The notes below the pieces were generated by a model. That model worked only from the letters and a program-made list of their open reading frames with translations, had not been told where the DNA came from and did no database searches. A stretch of 64,000 bases of DNA from NCBI GenBank assembly GCA_001724265.1, contig MEDY01000115.1, positions 1 through 64,000 on the forward strand. Reading direction: 5' to 3'. A program made the translations under genes and the position numbers. Shown piece by piece: positions 22,775 to 36,117 of this stretch (the first letter of the stretch is position 1; the number at the start of each line of letters is the position of its first letter). The DNA is from Rhizaria sp. SCN 62-66 (Eukaryota).

Positions 22775-23815
22775 AGTGTATGCCTACTTAGATCATCTAA
22801 TGTAAGTACCTACTGGATAGGAATAACGATCTGTACGTAATTATTTGTGCTGTATTGTTTTGTTTTGTGGTAGATATGGAGTCTTTCGTTCGGCTTAAAG
22901 CGAGTGCATTTGTAACGAGTGCATTTGTAATGCAAAACGTGCAACGAACGAGGCGGTATCACCGACCACCACGATTGGGAAGAGTTTGATTCTGACGTTT
23001 TAGTTAATAATAATTATAAGTTTATTTGAAGCACTGTGGGTGGTGGGGTGCTGTGAACGCACGGTGCAAACATGTTTTGATAAGCGATGCTTTTGTTTGT
23101 CGAGATACGCTGGAGAGCGATCTCAGACCGAATACAACACGTGGCTACATGTGACGAAAGATATCGCAGCAATTCAAATCCGAACTCAGCGTCCCAAAGC
23201 GGAGAATCTGATAAATGTTGTCACTGTGTGATGGCGCTATCCGGGTTCGCTGTGTGCGACAGTCGTGACGTGTTGCGAAGTGACCACATCGTGACCAATC
23301 AATCGATCACCGACAGGTATCTTCGGGGTGACGAAGGAGGCCTCCTTCGACAGCGAAAAAGCATAGATATCAAGTCGCCAGAGATCGTTAATCGCGCATT
23401 TAGCCGCCATTCGGAATTTCCGTCTAGCTATTCTATGTAATATTTTATATTGTAGTTTACCTCGTGTAATATACTGAGCCTGGTGACAGCCCTGAGTCAG
23501 CCTGCTTGATAGAGCTCATTGCCCTTCCGCATCACGGCTCTCAGTCGGCCAGAACTCCGTTCAACCAACGTCGAATGACACAACGCAACTGTAGATATAC
23601 TTACACAGCACGCTTCTTTTATTTCATTGCTGATATCTTTTCAGAGGTTACTTTCTCCGCTCGAAATTTCTCCTCCGCAGACGACGAAGCCTCAGGAGCC
23701 CACATATTAAACCCTGCTCAGTAAACAGCGCTGCGACAGTGGCCCCTATCTCCGCTTACCCGACTCTTCCACACCAACCACTGCCGCAGGTCTGCGCGCG
23801 TTTTGCTCCGCTACT

Positions 23816-26800
23816 ATGGCGTCACTCCGCATCGGTTTGACGTCGTTCTACGTCGGCAGCGACATCGATGCTCAGGACTCGTTTAACAAGTGGAATCTTG
23901 CCTCGATCGTTGCACTCACACAAACACACGTCACAGTCCACTTCAAAGGTACGAACACAACGTAAAACACGTGTAATTTGATCTCATGCTGATCACCCTG
24001 CTTGTTAACGCCGTGGTATTTCTCGACTGATCTTTGCACGTCTTCACATCTCACCCATATAAACCTCTGCTGCCTTGTTCTTGCGTTGCTTTGCTTTTCT
24101 TTGTTGCTCTGCCCAGGTTGGTCGTCTACCTTTGACGAGGACATCAGCCGACAGACCGGTCTCCACCGCCTTGCGCCCCCTGGCCGGTGGAGCGGTGGCT
24201 ATCCCGCCTTCTCCACCGAACCCGGCTCACTGCTGATCATCAAATCAGCGCCGCAGGTTCTCCTCTCCGCTCTGCCCGCAGTTGACCCGTCGTCTCTGCC
24301 GCCCACTGCGACCCCCGCCGCTGCAGTCGCCGCAGCCGACGCGGCACGCCTGCTCACGGTCTCTGCCAAGCTCGGCCACTCGTACGCGCGCTCGTGGGTC
24401 TGGACGCCAGAATCACAGTCAAACTCACAGTCCAAATTTGCTGCTGCTGCGGATGACGGGGTCGACTGTGCGCTCGCCGTCGCGGCCGAAACCGACGGCC
24501 AGCAAGTGCGCGTGCTTTTCCAAGCCCCGCACGCCCGTCCCGCTCCCGCGCTAGAGCTCGCAAACGCGCTGCGCTCGATAGACACCGCTCGCGCGGCCGT
24601 TTCCCTCGCCCCGCCACAGTCAACCGCCGCGCGCGCCGCCGCCACCGCGCTCGCTAACGCAGAGGCGACTGTCGCCGCGCTGCTGCAGTCCGCGGCGCGC
24701 GCAGGCCGGCCGTGGCGCTGGCTGTGGACGCTTGCGCACGACAGCGTTGCACGCTGTGCGACGCAGACCGACTGGGACAGGGCCGAAAAAATCGAGGCTG
24801 TGGCGGCGAAGAATGCCGAGCGTGCGGCAGCGGCGGCGGCGGTGCTGCGCGCGCGTGCTGAGGAGGAGGCAGCTAAACTCCGTGAGGAGGAGGCTTTACT
24901 TAAAGTCGATAAGGACCGTGCGGCCGCGAGTGTTGATATGCTGAGTGCAGTCGGCACATCTCTTCTCGCAATGCTCAACAACAACGCGAACAATGGTGCT
25001 GCCGCAAGCGCGGCGGCCGCGAAAGGTGGACGTGCGAGTCATAGTCAAAGCGACTCTGCTGGTAGCGACTCTGCGGCGGTGAACGAGGAGACAAAGGCAC
25101 GGGTTGCGGCCGTTGTCGCCGCCGCTGCCGCCGCTGGTGGGTTCGATACGGATCGAGTTGAGGCCGCCGCCAAGGCTGCCTTATTGCGCAGTCAACAAGT
25201 CGACGCTGAGATTTCACTCGCGAACAAGCATAATTCGAACGCGACCACAAACAATAATGGTGACGGGGCTTCTGAGTCGGAACCCGAGTCAGATGAGGAC
25301 GATTACGACGACGACGATGCTGACGATGGCGATGGACAAGAGCCAGAGCAACAGAATACTGCGACTGCTGCTCTCCGCCGTGGCGTGCCAGCCTGGGCCG
25401 CGGGACTTGCGGTTCCAAAAAAATCATCTGCTGCGAAACGCGATTCCTCGAAGAAGAAGAGCGCCACCGCGTCTGCCGCTACTGCGTCGACAGAGACTGC
25501 GAGCAGTAACGGCCGTCGCCGGAAGCAAGCGCCACGCAGCAAGAGCAAGGGAGCGGCTGCTGCGCTCTTAGGCGGCGCCAGCGACAATGACAGTGAGAGC
25601 GAGGCTGAGGCCGCGGCTGAGCTTGAGAAGTTACGGTTAGACGCGGAAGCTGAGCGTGAGCGTGAGCGGTCGCGTATTTTGAGCAAACTCGTCTCGACTA
25701 ATGATGGGGGCTTAGAGCAAATTACCCTCCCGACTACAAACAATTCCAATAATAAGAACAATAGCAATAATGCCGAGGATAAAAGCGATGATGCGACTGC
25801 GACTGAAAACGTGAACGCCGACGCCAACTCAGACAACGAGAGTGACGAAGACGGCGGTGTTACGCTCAACGGCGGCCCAACTTTGATCCGCGGCTTAACT
25901 AACACTACAGCAACTACAGCGCATGGACCGCCAGTGCCTGTTCCTGACTCATTTGCGGCCGCCGAAGCCCTCTGGACTGCAACCACGACAGACAGCAGCA
26001 AAGCCGACACCGACAATACCGCAAACGGCAAGGCGAACGGTGTGAACACGACCGGCAAGTCAAAGAAGGCCAAGAAGAAGGAAGCTGAAGCTGCTGCAGC
26101 TGCGGCGGCCGAAGCGAAAGCGCAGCAACGTGCGCGCGCGCGCGCCGCTGCTGCTGCAACAGTCGCCGCGGAGGCTGAGGCTGCGGCCGCGGCCGCTGCG
26201 GCTGCTGCTGCGGCTGCCAAGCCCGCGGTGACACTCGGTCAGCTGGCCACCTTCGGTAGTCGTTTACCTGGTATGAGAGGCAACGGCGGCGAGTTTGTGG
26301 CTGGCGCTGGCGCTGGTGATGAGGATGACGATGACTTTGGTAACTACGATGAGTTCGATAAGCAAAACGACGTCTACCTTGGTCTCGCACTTACTAGTAC
26401 CAACAATAACGCTAACATTGACGCTGATGCGACCAGTAAGCCCGCTGATGCTACTGTTGATGCTGAACCCGAACCCGAGTCTCAATCCGAGTCTGAGGCT
26501 GAAGCTGAAGCTGATATGGAAACGAAGAACAAGGTCAAGGACGCGACTGCCCGCGTCAGTGCAGCTGCAGCTCAGGCTGGCAGCAAAGCGAAGACCAAGA
26601 AGAAGGATGACGCTTCTAAGAGTATGTCTAATGCGAGTCCAAACAAGGCGAAGGCTGCCGCTACTGCTGCTGCTGCTGCTGCTGTTGCTGCCGCTGCTGC
26701 CGCCGCCGCTGCCGCCGCTGCTGCTGCTGCTGTTTCTGCTCGTGGCAAGGACAAGGTGAATGATAAGACGAAGGTTAAGCCTGTGGCTAAGGGCCAGGGT

Positions 26801-27911
26801 AAGGGCAAGATGGTGTTGAAGCCTAAGGCGAAGGGCAAGGACGGTTCTGACGCTATCGGTGCGACCCCTGCTGCTGCTGTTGCCTCCGCCTCCGCCTCCG
26901 CCTCCGCCTCCGCCTCCGCCTCCGCCTCCGCCTCCGCCTCCGCCTCCGCCTCCGCCTCCGCCTCCGCCACCACAGTCGCAGCGCCCGCGCCTGTCTCCGA
27001 GCTGGAGACCGCGGTTGTGGGGACAGCTGTTTCGAGCACTGGTACAGACGCGGTCGCTGCTGTCCCGGCTGCTGAGACAAACGCCGCCGCTGCCGCTGTC
27101 GATGTTATGGAGCCTGCGGCTGTCGCTGAGGGAGCATCTGACTTCGTCGCGACCTCCGTCGCCGTCGCCTTTGCTGCGCCCGTCGCCTCTGTCGAGGTTG
27201 AGTCAACTCCGGTCAGTGGTGATACTGCAACGCTTGAAGCTGTGCCTGTTGTGTCTGCTACTCCTGTTGTTGTTGAACCTGCTCCCATTGCGGCCGCTGC
27301 TGCCGCACCTGTTGCAGAGTCTGTACCTGTTGATGTTCCCTTACCTGGCGCTGTTTCCGCAGCCGATGCGACTGCAACTGAGACTGTGGCTAAGACTGCT
27401 GTCGCAAAGCCTGATGATGCTGCTGCTGCAACTGCCGATGCGACGGCTGATACTGAGAACAACAAAGCGAAGGCCAAGCCTAAGGGCAAGCTTGTACTGG
27501 TCAAAAAGCGCAAGTCTCTTGCCCCTCCCTCTTCTAACCTCACCGCGATCGCAAACAATGGCGATCCCGTGACGAGCGCCAGTGAGAAAATCACAACCGC
27601 GACTGCTGCTGGTGCAGCGGTTACTGGGCTTGAGGTCGAGACTACCGTGGCAGCAAACGCCGGGGATAGTGCGGCGTCGAAACCGCCGGTGGCGCTCCCA
27701 GGGACTGAGTCAGCGCATGTGTCTGCGACTGCACTCGCGGCCGAGACTGGGGTCGAGGCGGATGCGGCGACTGATGCCGTTGCAGCCGGTAGCAACCTCA
27801 AGAGTCTCACCGTCACGGTCAACGCTGACGCGGACGCTGAGATGGGCACTGCGGAGACAGCTGATGCAGCCGGCGGCATCGCCACCGCCACCGCCACCGC
27901 CAGTGCGAGTG

Positions 27912-27943
<32 letters not shown>

Positions 27944-30900
27944 TCTGCTGACAGTGTCAAGAAGGCTGCCGTGAAGAAGGTCGGTGTGCGCAAAGTTGTC
28001 GCAAAGCGGCGCTCCGCGCCCCCCACAAGCACGAACGCCCTTGCAGTAAGCAGCGGCAACACGGAGGCGCAGACTGAGAGTGAAGCTAGCTCTGAGAAGA
28101 CTGAGATCGATCACAGCATTCGCACTGATTCGGTCGCTGCGGCGACTGAAGCAAACGGCGAGACAGGCGCAAACAACGCCAAGTCGAACGCTGACGCTCT
28201 CACAGCCACTGCTGACACTGACGCTGATGAGATCATCACAGCTGAGCTGATGTCTCTCGCTGACGTCACCGCTGACACTGTAAGCGTCCCGAGTGACAGT
28301 GCGAAGACGAACGAAGGCTCCAGCGTCACTGCTATTGCAGCGACAACGGCCAACCCACCTTCTTCTGAGTCAATCTTACCCGATACAAGTGTAAGTACCT
28401 CCAGCGCCAATCTAAGTACCTCTGGAGCTCATGTAAGTGCCGATGTCGTTGCGAATGTAAGTACTTCTGTCCCTGCTCTAAGTACCGCCGTGCGCCGCCG
28501 ACCGCCTGCGCTGCACTTGTCGCCGCATACGAAGCCGCGCTCGCAGCCGCAGTCTCAGATCACCAGTGGCAGTCCCTATAGCACTGGCAGCAACGGCGGT
28601 GGCGGCGTCACGTTCGAGTCATATACGCCTCCGCCGATCGAAGTTGTGGGCCAAAACATCGCTGTGAGCACTGCTATCGAGGCAGCCACGAACATCAACA
28701 CTGCGAGCGGCGCTAGCGCGGAGGCTAAGCTTAAGGCTGAGTCTAACACGAAGGCGAAGGCAAAGGCAAAGGCAAAGGCAAAGCCTAAGATGTCTATTGC
28801 GAACGCCAGCTCTGCCAGCTCGAAGTCTACTGTGAACAAAAACGCCCCCGCAGCGACCGCTAGCGCCAACGCGAAGTCACACACTCAAAGCCTTCTCATC
28901 AACAACAAGAGGGACGATATGTATGAGGTCGACGACTATGAGGACGAGTTTATCGACTACAATAGTACCGACTACACTGGCAACGGCGACGGCGGCGGCG
29001 GCGGCGCCGGCGGTGACAGTGTGAGTGGCTTTGCGCGCCCATCGTGGTGGGGCGCGGACGACGACGGACTCGTGCCAGCGCCTGTGTATCGCACTCCGAC
29101 TGTTGCCGAGACTAAAAAAAGCAAGAACGGCAAGAATGGCAGCAAGAAGGACACTGCTGAGGCGGCTCCCGGCGCTGCACATGTGACTGCTAGTGAGAGC
29201 TTCGGCAGCGCTGCAACTGCGGCCAAGAGCGACGCGAAAACTGCTGGGAATAACAAGCAGAGCAAGGCGGGATCCTCGACTCCCAAGAGCAGCTCTGCCA
29301 CTGCTGCGTCCCCGCTTGTCACTGATGCGGTTGCAGCGATGGACGCCGGCCTCTCCGAAAGCATGAAACTCAAGGTATCCACACTAATGCAACGTGTATT
29401 AACGCGATTATTCTTAATTTAAACAATTGGACCATTTTCCTCTTTCAAAACGACTATTTCCACCTTTTTGCAAGTTTCGCCGCGCTCACCTATTATTTTT
29501 CGCTTTATATCTCTCGCTTTTTGTGATTTTTGTCTTTTCAGGAACAAGGCCTGGCGTCGCCCCAACGGCCCCAGGGTAGATCGCTGAACCTCTCTCTCGC
29601 CGTCGCCCAACAGCAGCTCCACAACAGCCCCAAGTTGCAGCCACCGCCCCGCCAAGTCGCCGGCAGTACTGGCGTCGGCGGCTCTATCCCGAGTCCCAGT
29701 ACTGCCTCCGCGCCAAGCACGAGCGTCATTGGTCCGCTGTTACAGAATCTGCAGCAGCAGCAACAGCAGCAGCTCCAGCAGCAGCAACAAAGCGTCGTTG
29801 CCATGGCTGCCGCCGCCGCCGCCGCCCGCTCCGCCGCGGAGCACGCGCGCGCTGCCGCTGCGCAGGCACAGGTTGCGGCAGAGGCGAAGGCACGTGCGGC
29901 GGCGGAGGCGGAGGCAGAGAGGGAGTGGCAGGTGGAGAGGACGCTGAAACAGGAGAAGGAGCTGGCGCAGGAGCTGGAGATGCTCGCGGAGGCGCGGGAA
30001 GCGACCAAGGCAAAGGCTGCGGCGCGAGCGCAGGAACTGGAGAGGCTCAAAAATACAGGCACTGTATCCGCTACCACTGCGGCTGCACCGGCGGCTACTG
30101 AGACTGGTGCTGCTGCTCCTGTTGCCGCTTCCAGCGCACCTACAGTGACAGCGACTGCGAATGTAAGTGCGATGGCGAATTCTAGCGTGCTTGGCGGTGT
30201 CACAGTGGTCAACGAACCGGTCGACACTGCTGTCGTTGCTGCCGCTGACTCTACACCACAGTCGCAGGCCACCGAGACGACGAATGCCAATGATAGCGTA
30301 AAGCCTGCGCGTGCGGCCCGCAATAGTGGCACGAACTACAGTCCCAGCATCAGTGTGAGCGCTAGCGAGCCCAGCGGTCTCGACACCCCGAGGCTGTTCT
30401 CGATTACACCCACGCCGAATCTCCGCAGTCTCAACAACGTTAGCAAGACCAATCCGGCCAACAGCAAAACCACGGTGTTCCAGTTCAACACGTCGGGCAA
30501 TAACTCGAGCTCTCACTCCAGCGCCAATATGAACGAGAATGACGAGGCGCATGCTGATCTTTTCTACAACGACTCTGACTATGAAACGGACGCTCTGGGC
30601 CTGCCTGTTCCGGCAAACGCGCACATCAACGCTCCTGCAGCTCGTTCTGCGCAGAAGCTCCGTCAGCAGCAACAGCAGCAACAACAGCAGGCGCAGTCGC
30701 AGAAGCCTAAGGCATCTGATGCGCCCCTGCAGCTTAACTTCGACCCCAACAACGCCAGCAACAGCACCAGCAGCAACAAGAGTGGTCTGTTCAGCGAAGC
30801 GGAGACAAATGAGCCTTCTCCGAAGATCCCCGAGCAGTTTTACACTCAGCCGCCGCTTGGCGCGCACCCGTTGACCGGCACGGCCGCCAACGCGGGCACC

Positions 30901-33303
30901 GGCCTCAGCACGCGCAGCAGCACCAGCGGTGTTAGCATCTCGAGCTCTGGCGCTGGCGCTGGCGCTGGCGCTGGCGCTGGCGTTGGTGGTAGCGCGGTGT
31001 CTGTGAGCTCAGTCGGCGGTCAAACAAGCACCGCAGTCGCCGTGAGCAACCAAGTTTTCGGCGGCAGCGGCAGCCGGAACAGCGGTGGCGTTGTTTTCAT
31101 CGATGCGGACGGCGAAGAAAAAGTTGTTGCATCTGGCCGTGGCGCTGTGATCATCCCGTCAACGCACGCGAGCCGCACCGCTGGCATTGTCACCACGAGC
31201 ACCGCCCCAACTGCCTCCGCCACCACCGCCGCCGCCGCCGCCGCTGCTGGTACAGCTAGTACTGCGCAGTCGCAGTCTAAGTCTGCGCTCGCGTTGAGTG
31301 ACAAAGAACGCAAGGCGCAGGAGAAGCAGCGTGAGAAGGAAGCTGCGGCCGCGGCTAAAGAGCAGGAGAAGCGGGAGAAAGAGCTGCTGAAGGAGCAAAA
31401 GGAGCGTGAGAGGCAGGCCGCCGCTGCGAACAAGAAGCCCGGCTTCTTTTCGCGTCTCTTCGGCGGTGGCGGCAGTAGCGGCGCCGCTGGCAACGCTCCG
31501 GCAGCCAAGGGCATCGTTGTGTCGACGTACGCAAAGCCCTCTGCTGCGAAACCGAACGTCTCCAACGCTAATGCCTCCGCAAACGCGAACGCTGACTCTG
31601 CCAAGAGCACCACTGCCGGTACCGGTGCGAGTGCGGGTGCGGGTGCCGGTATGGGTGTCGCCGCCAGTCCGACGCCGCCGCCGCTGAAGTCGATCCTGCG
31701 TACCTCCTCCTTGAACAACAACAACAGCAATGAAGTTCCCAACTCCTCTCCCGACGCTTCGCCCACTCTCAGCGCAAAGACGGTGGCTGTTGCGACTGCA
31801 GCTCCCGAGAAGAGCTTTAGCGGTGCCAGTTCTGCCGCCCCCAGTAGTGTTAACGGAAGCCCGCGTGTTACGTTCAACCGGGATCCGCAGTTCCATGTGT
31901 TCTCCAAGTACGAACCACCGTCTCCGCTGCTGAGTGCCGCGCCCGACGTAGCCGCTGCCGCTGCCGCCGCCACTACGGTGACGCCGGCGTCAGGGCGCAA
32001 CGTGAAGAAGTCTGACCCTGGCGTGAGCTTCAACTTGGAGCCTGTGCCGGACACTTACACTGCGTCTAAGGGGGAAGACAAGGACGCGTTGAAGGCTGAG
32101 ATGGAACTGCTGAGGGCGCAAATGGACGCGTCAGTCGAACGCGCACGTCAACGGGCGAAGAACAACAGCAAAAACGACGACGCTGAGACAAGTTCTTTCG
32201 CTCTCGCTGTGCCTGTTGCGCCTAATATGAGCTTTAGTGCTTCGGAGTCGAGCGCGGCTAAGCCAAGCGCGGCGATGATCGCGAGCGCGAGTGCGAGCTC
32301 GAGCCCCAAGCCTGTCTTGGTGTCGAAGGCTGTGGCAGCTGGTCGCGAACAGGACGAGGCCGAGAACCAGCGTATTGCCGCTGCTCTCAAGAAGCGCGCT
32401 CTCGCCACCGGCGGCGGCGGCACTGGTAACGCTAAAGCTGGCGCGAAGGCTGGGACGAGGCGCACACCGTTTGCTGACGACGCGGAGTACGATTACGACT
32501 TCAACGGCGATGGTGACGATGTTGATGATAGCAACAAGAGCAACCACTGGACTGGCTACGAAGATGACTTCAACGATAAAAGCAACAACGTCGGCAGCGG
32601 CAACGTCACTGCGAGTGCTGCTGCTGTAAAGGCGGCGCCTCAGCGTCGCACGGCTGTTAGTAGAGGCAGCAGGAAGGCGGGCCGCCACAGCGACGCGCTT
32701 GGTGGCTCCAGTGACGACGACTACGACGACAACGACGGTTATGACGAAGGTGACTACTCCGACTCTGGCTCCGAGTACGATGGCGACCGGTCTCGCAAGC
32801 AGCAACAGCAACAACCGCCGCCGCAACAGCAGCGCAAGCCTGGCTTCAGTGCAAGTACCGCTAAACCCTCTGTAAGCTCGAGCTCCAGCTCTAACAGCAA
32901 GAACCGTGGTATCACCATCGGCACCGCTGGACAGCGCCCCGCCGCCTCCGCAACCAACAGCAGCAGCAACAGCAGCAGCCGTGGCATCAGCAGCAAGAGC
33001 AGCGCTGTGTCGCGCGCGCAAGCTATGGCCGACGCTGAGGCCGCGGCGCGGCGTCTCCAGGAGCTGGGTGAGTTTAGCGAGTCTTTCGGGACCAACGGCG
33101 TTGGTAGTATGCGCAGTCAGCAGCAGCAGCAGCAGCAGCAAAGCCGGCAGTATTCCGACGCTAAGCAAGCTGCGCTGCGAAGTGCGTTTGCCAGTGGCAG
33201 CAGTAGTGGCAGCACATACAGCGCGAAGAGCGGCAATTCGTATAAGGGGGGCAGTGATGACGCCATTAAGTCTGCTATGGCGAGGAGTGAAAGCTTCTTT
33301 TAA
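23816..33303 (+). CDS. Giant (3,050 aa), mostly disordered protein with an N-terminal Tudor/MBT/chromo-barrel-like domain; exons 23816-23948, 24117-29374, 29542-33303
   Basis: The spliced N-terminus VGSDIDAQDSFNKWNLASIV..VTVHFKGWSSTFDEDI matches the Royal-family VHF-GW---DE pattern. Two long open exons joined in phase. Ala/Ser/Asn/Gln tracts. TAA stop. Confidence 0.8.
26882..26965 (+). repeat. Perfect (GCCTCC)14 coding microsatellite encoding (Ala-Ser)14
   Basis: Direct read of the sequence: 84 bp, uninterrupted. Confidence 0.95.
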
Positions 33304-34032
33304 GCGCAAGAATCAACGAAGCCGCGTCCGCGGCGAAATTGAATAAGCACGATTTTAAAGTTGGCAACACAGAAGAGCATGATGAGTGCGCTGCGTGTGT
33401 TTGCTTTTTAACAGAATTATGTGTGTACATGTACTCTAATTATTATTTTAAAACCACCTCATATATGAGTATGGATATGTATATATTTTCAGTGTGTAAA
33501 TCAATACAGTTTTGTATTTTTCTTTTGTGATCCATCACCTTGTCTTTCGTGTGACTGGTGATGCCTTTCTTCTCGTTGATTGATTGGAAAATGTGTGTGA
33601 AAGTGTCTTGTTTTGTCTCATGCAAGTGCTATTAATTCCCCAACATTGCATATAGCACAGTGAACGATATACCTGCATTGTTGTTATCATTGCCAATAAC
33701 AACCATAAAGCAAGCTTACAATCAAGTGTCTAAAAGTCAGTGGTTTTGCACAAGATGTTGGGAGAATGAAGCATTGTTGAATCATTCTGCAATAATCCAG
33801 AAGAACAAGCACTGTTATTGGTCCTTAAAGCGTGCGTACATATAGCGTTATCATCCGTCCTGTTATCTATATCAAAATAAACATAGTCCTCTTCGTGTCA
33901 TATCATCGTCATAATATGAGTATTATCATGCGCCCGTACGTGTGAGAGTATTATAGCCCTGCACAAGCAGCCATAACTCATTCTGGCGGATTAACTTCCC
34001 ACTAATGCGGATTTACTTCGGTAAGTAATTGT

Positions 34033-35268
34033 TTACGCAAGAAGTGCAGTGTTGTTGCTCTTAGTGCCGCAGTCAAACAGCTCACGGTACCCTGGCTTCG
34101 CAGGCGACCCTTCATCCTTGTACGCAAACACCGTCCGTGTCACCGCGCTAAACGGCTTTCCGACAATGAACTGCGCGCCCTGCACGTGCCCTGCGTAGCC
34201 ATTCGGCAGCGACAGCGCCGCGGCGTCACTGCCCTGTGCGCGCTTAAATTGCGGCAGACCGGCGACATTGCCACCTGTGCGCTCCAGGAGAGACTGCGGG
34301 TTGAGGCTCCGCGTCGCGCGCGCGGCCGCAGCGGCCTCGGCGGCCGCTACAGCCTCGGCCTGAGCGCGCTCCTGCTCAGCGCGGCGGCGGCGCGCGGCCT
34401 CGGCAGCGGCGGCGGCTTCGGCGGCGGCGGCGGCGGCGGCCTCGGCGGCGGCGGCGCGCGCGGCGGGCGGAGTCTGTGGCGGCGCGGGAACCTTTAACGG
34501 GGGCGGGAGAATGCGGCCGCCGGTGCGCGAGCGGGAGCGGGAGCGGGAAGTTAGGCCGTGGTTGGTGCCAGGAAGGCGGTTTGTGGTAGTGCGGGCGAGA
34601 GGGCGCGCGTAGGAACTGACGGGGGAGGAGTTTGCGGGCGCGAAAACGGCGGAGCGAGCGGTCGGGTGCGTCAGAGACAGAGAAGCAGTCGTAGCAAAAG
34701 GCGCGGAGCCACGGGATGTGGAGGATGCGCGGGCGGTCGCAGAGCCGTAGCCGCGGTTGAGGCTGAAAATAAACAGAAAATGGACGAGAAAGGAGACAAG
34801 AAAATGAGGTTTGGGTGAGAGATACGCGGCGTCAAAAATTGATTTGCCAAATTAGATAGACAATGACCGGTATAAAACGATGTCTTTGTCCGCTATATTA
34901 GACATTCTTCTGTGCTACAGTTGACGATCGCGAGATATTGGTTTTGATATGATATTGCCAATGCTCTCGAAGTTGTTTTAACGTACCGACCAGTGTTGTC
35001 ACGACTGAGGGTGTTGGTGAACGTAGGGGGAATCTGGGCGATTTGCTCAGCAGGCATCGTTGACGCAAACGTGCGGATGGCTGAACAAGAGAAGAAGTAG
35101 CAGCAAGAGCAGAATGCAGAGTACAGAGCGAGCGCGATGAGAAAGAGAAACGAGGATGGATCTAGAAAGTCTTGACAGATAGAGATATTACGGGGGTTGA
35201 AAGTGCACATTGTACTTTATGCAAAGCCTACCTGCGGTTGTTGCAAAGGACGGCGCTTGCTGTTGCAT
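34033..35268 (-). CDS. Probable ciliary microtubule-inner-protein-like protein (FAM166-type GYAGHV motif), 286 aa; exons 35268-35232, 35080-34987, 34762-34033
   Basis: The main exon is missing from the ORF track because it has no early start codon. An open 730-nt exon ends LPNGYAGHVQGAQFIVGKPFSAVT..PGYRELF..TAA. Exon phases join. The first exon is less certain. Confidence 0.65.
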
Positions 35269-36117
35269 TGCAAGGATCTGTAGAGCAGGATAAGGGTGAA
35301 AAGGTGGAGAAAGTGGGTGATGTCAGAGTGGCGCGAGGCCTCATCGTGAAGCTTGCATATCGAGAGAACAACGCATGGCAGCACAATTGTAATCTACAAA
35401 AAGATGAGCTAGATACTTTTAAGCTGGAGAATCATCTTATCATTAAACGTGACGGTCAGTATAGCGCGGTTGACAGCGTGCTTTGTTGGCGCGATGGGAT
35501 CACGCCGTCACGGGGTGCCTCGCCATAGCATCAAAGATATTTTGCGGAAACCAAGGATTGCCGCCGATATAACTTGTCTAGGCAAGAATTGCTCTAGATC
35601 CGAATGAATCGTATATTGTTTAATTTAAAAATGTGTTTTTATTTGAAATGTATCAAAATCTTTCAGAGATATCTACTATGAATTCATTTTTGCCCCAGTA
35701 ACGACTGCTGCGACAAGATCATTTCGGCTGTAGAAACTTTTGCACGCTTAAAACGCATTTCATAAATTTGAAACAACTAAATTTGAAACAGCACTGCAAG
35801 TTCAAAGTTCGGAAACCACCGAACTATCTTCACATCGAAGCACGAACATGGTCACCCCACAACCCGCCCTACACCTAAAGCGATTGGTAATCAGACACGG
35901 CTATCAATCAAGCAAGATCATTGCGGTTTATTGTTGATAAAAGTACTGTATTTAATTGTAGTTTCGTCTATTATAGTCAGTATCAAATGTGGTAAGTAAA
36001 TTCACTTTTTTAATCGTCATTGTTATGCATATTTCATGTATTGCCGGAATCCGCATTTGCCGAAGCGGCATCACAATCCCTTATTGTCCGTATTGCCGAG
36101 TTCTTTAGCCGCAACAC

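Noticed and set aside
26853-27572. Poly-Pro and poly-Arg ORFs
   Set aside because: Alternate frames of the (GCCTCC)14 repeat inside the real Ala-Ser frame.
24199-33309. Many long antisense and alternate-frame ORFs over the giant + strand gene (and likewise over 36118-49525)
   Set aside because: Shadow ORFs produced by GC-rich GCN/AGC/AAC codon runs. They translate to poly-Leu/Ala/Cys with no domain motifs.
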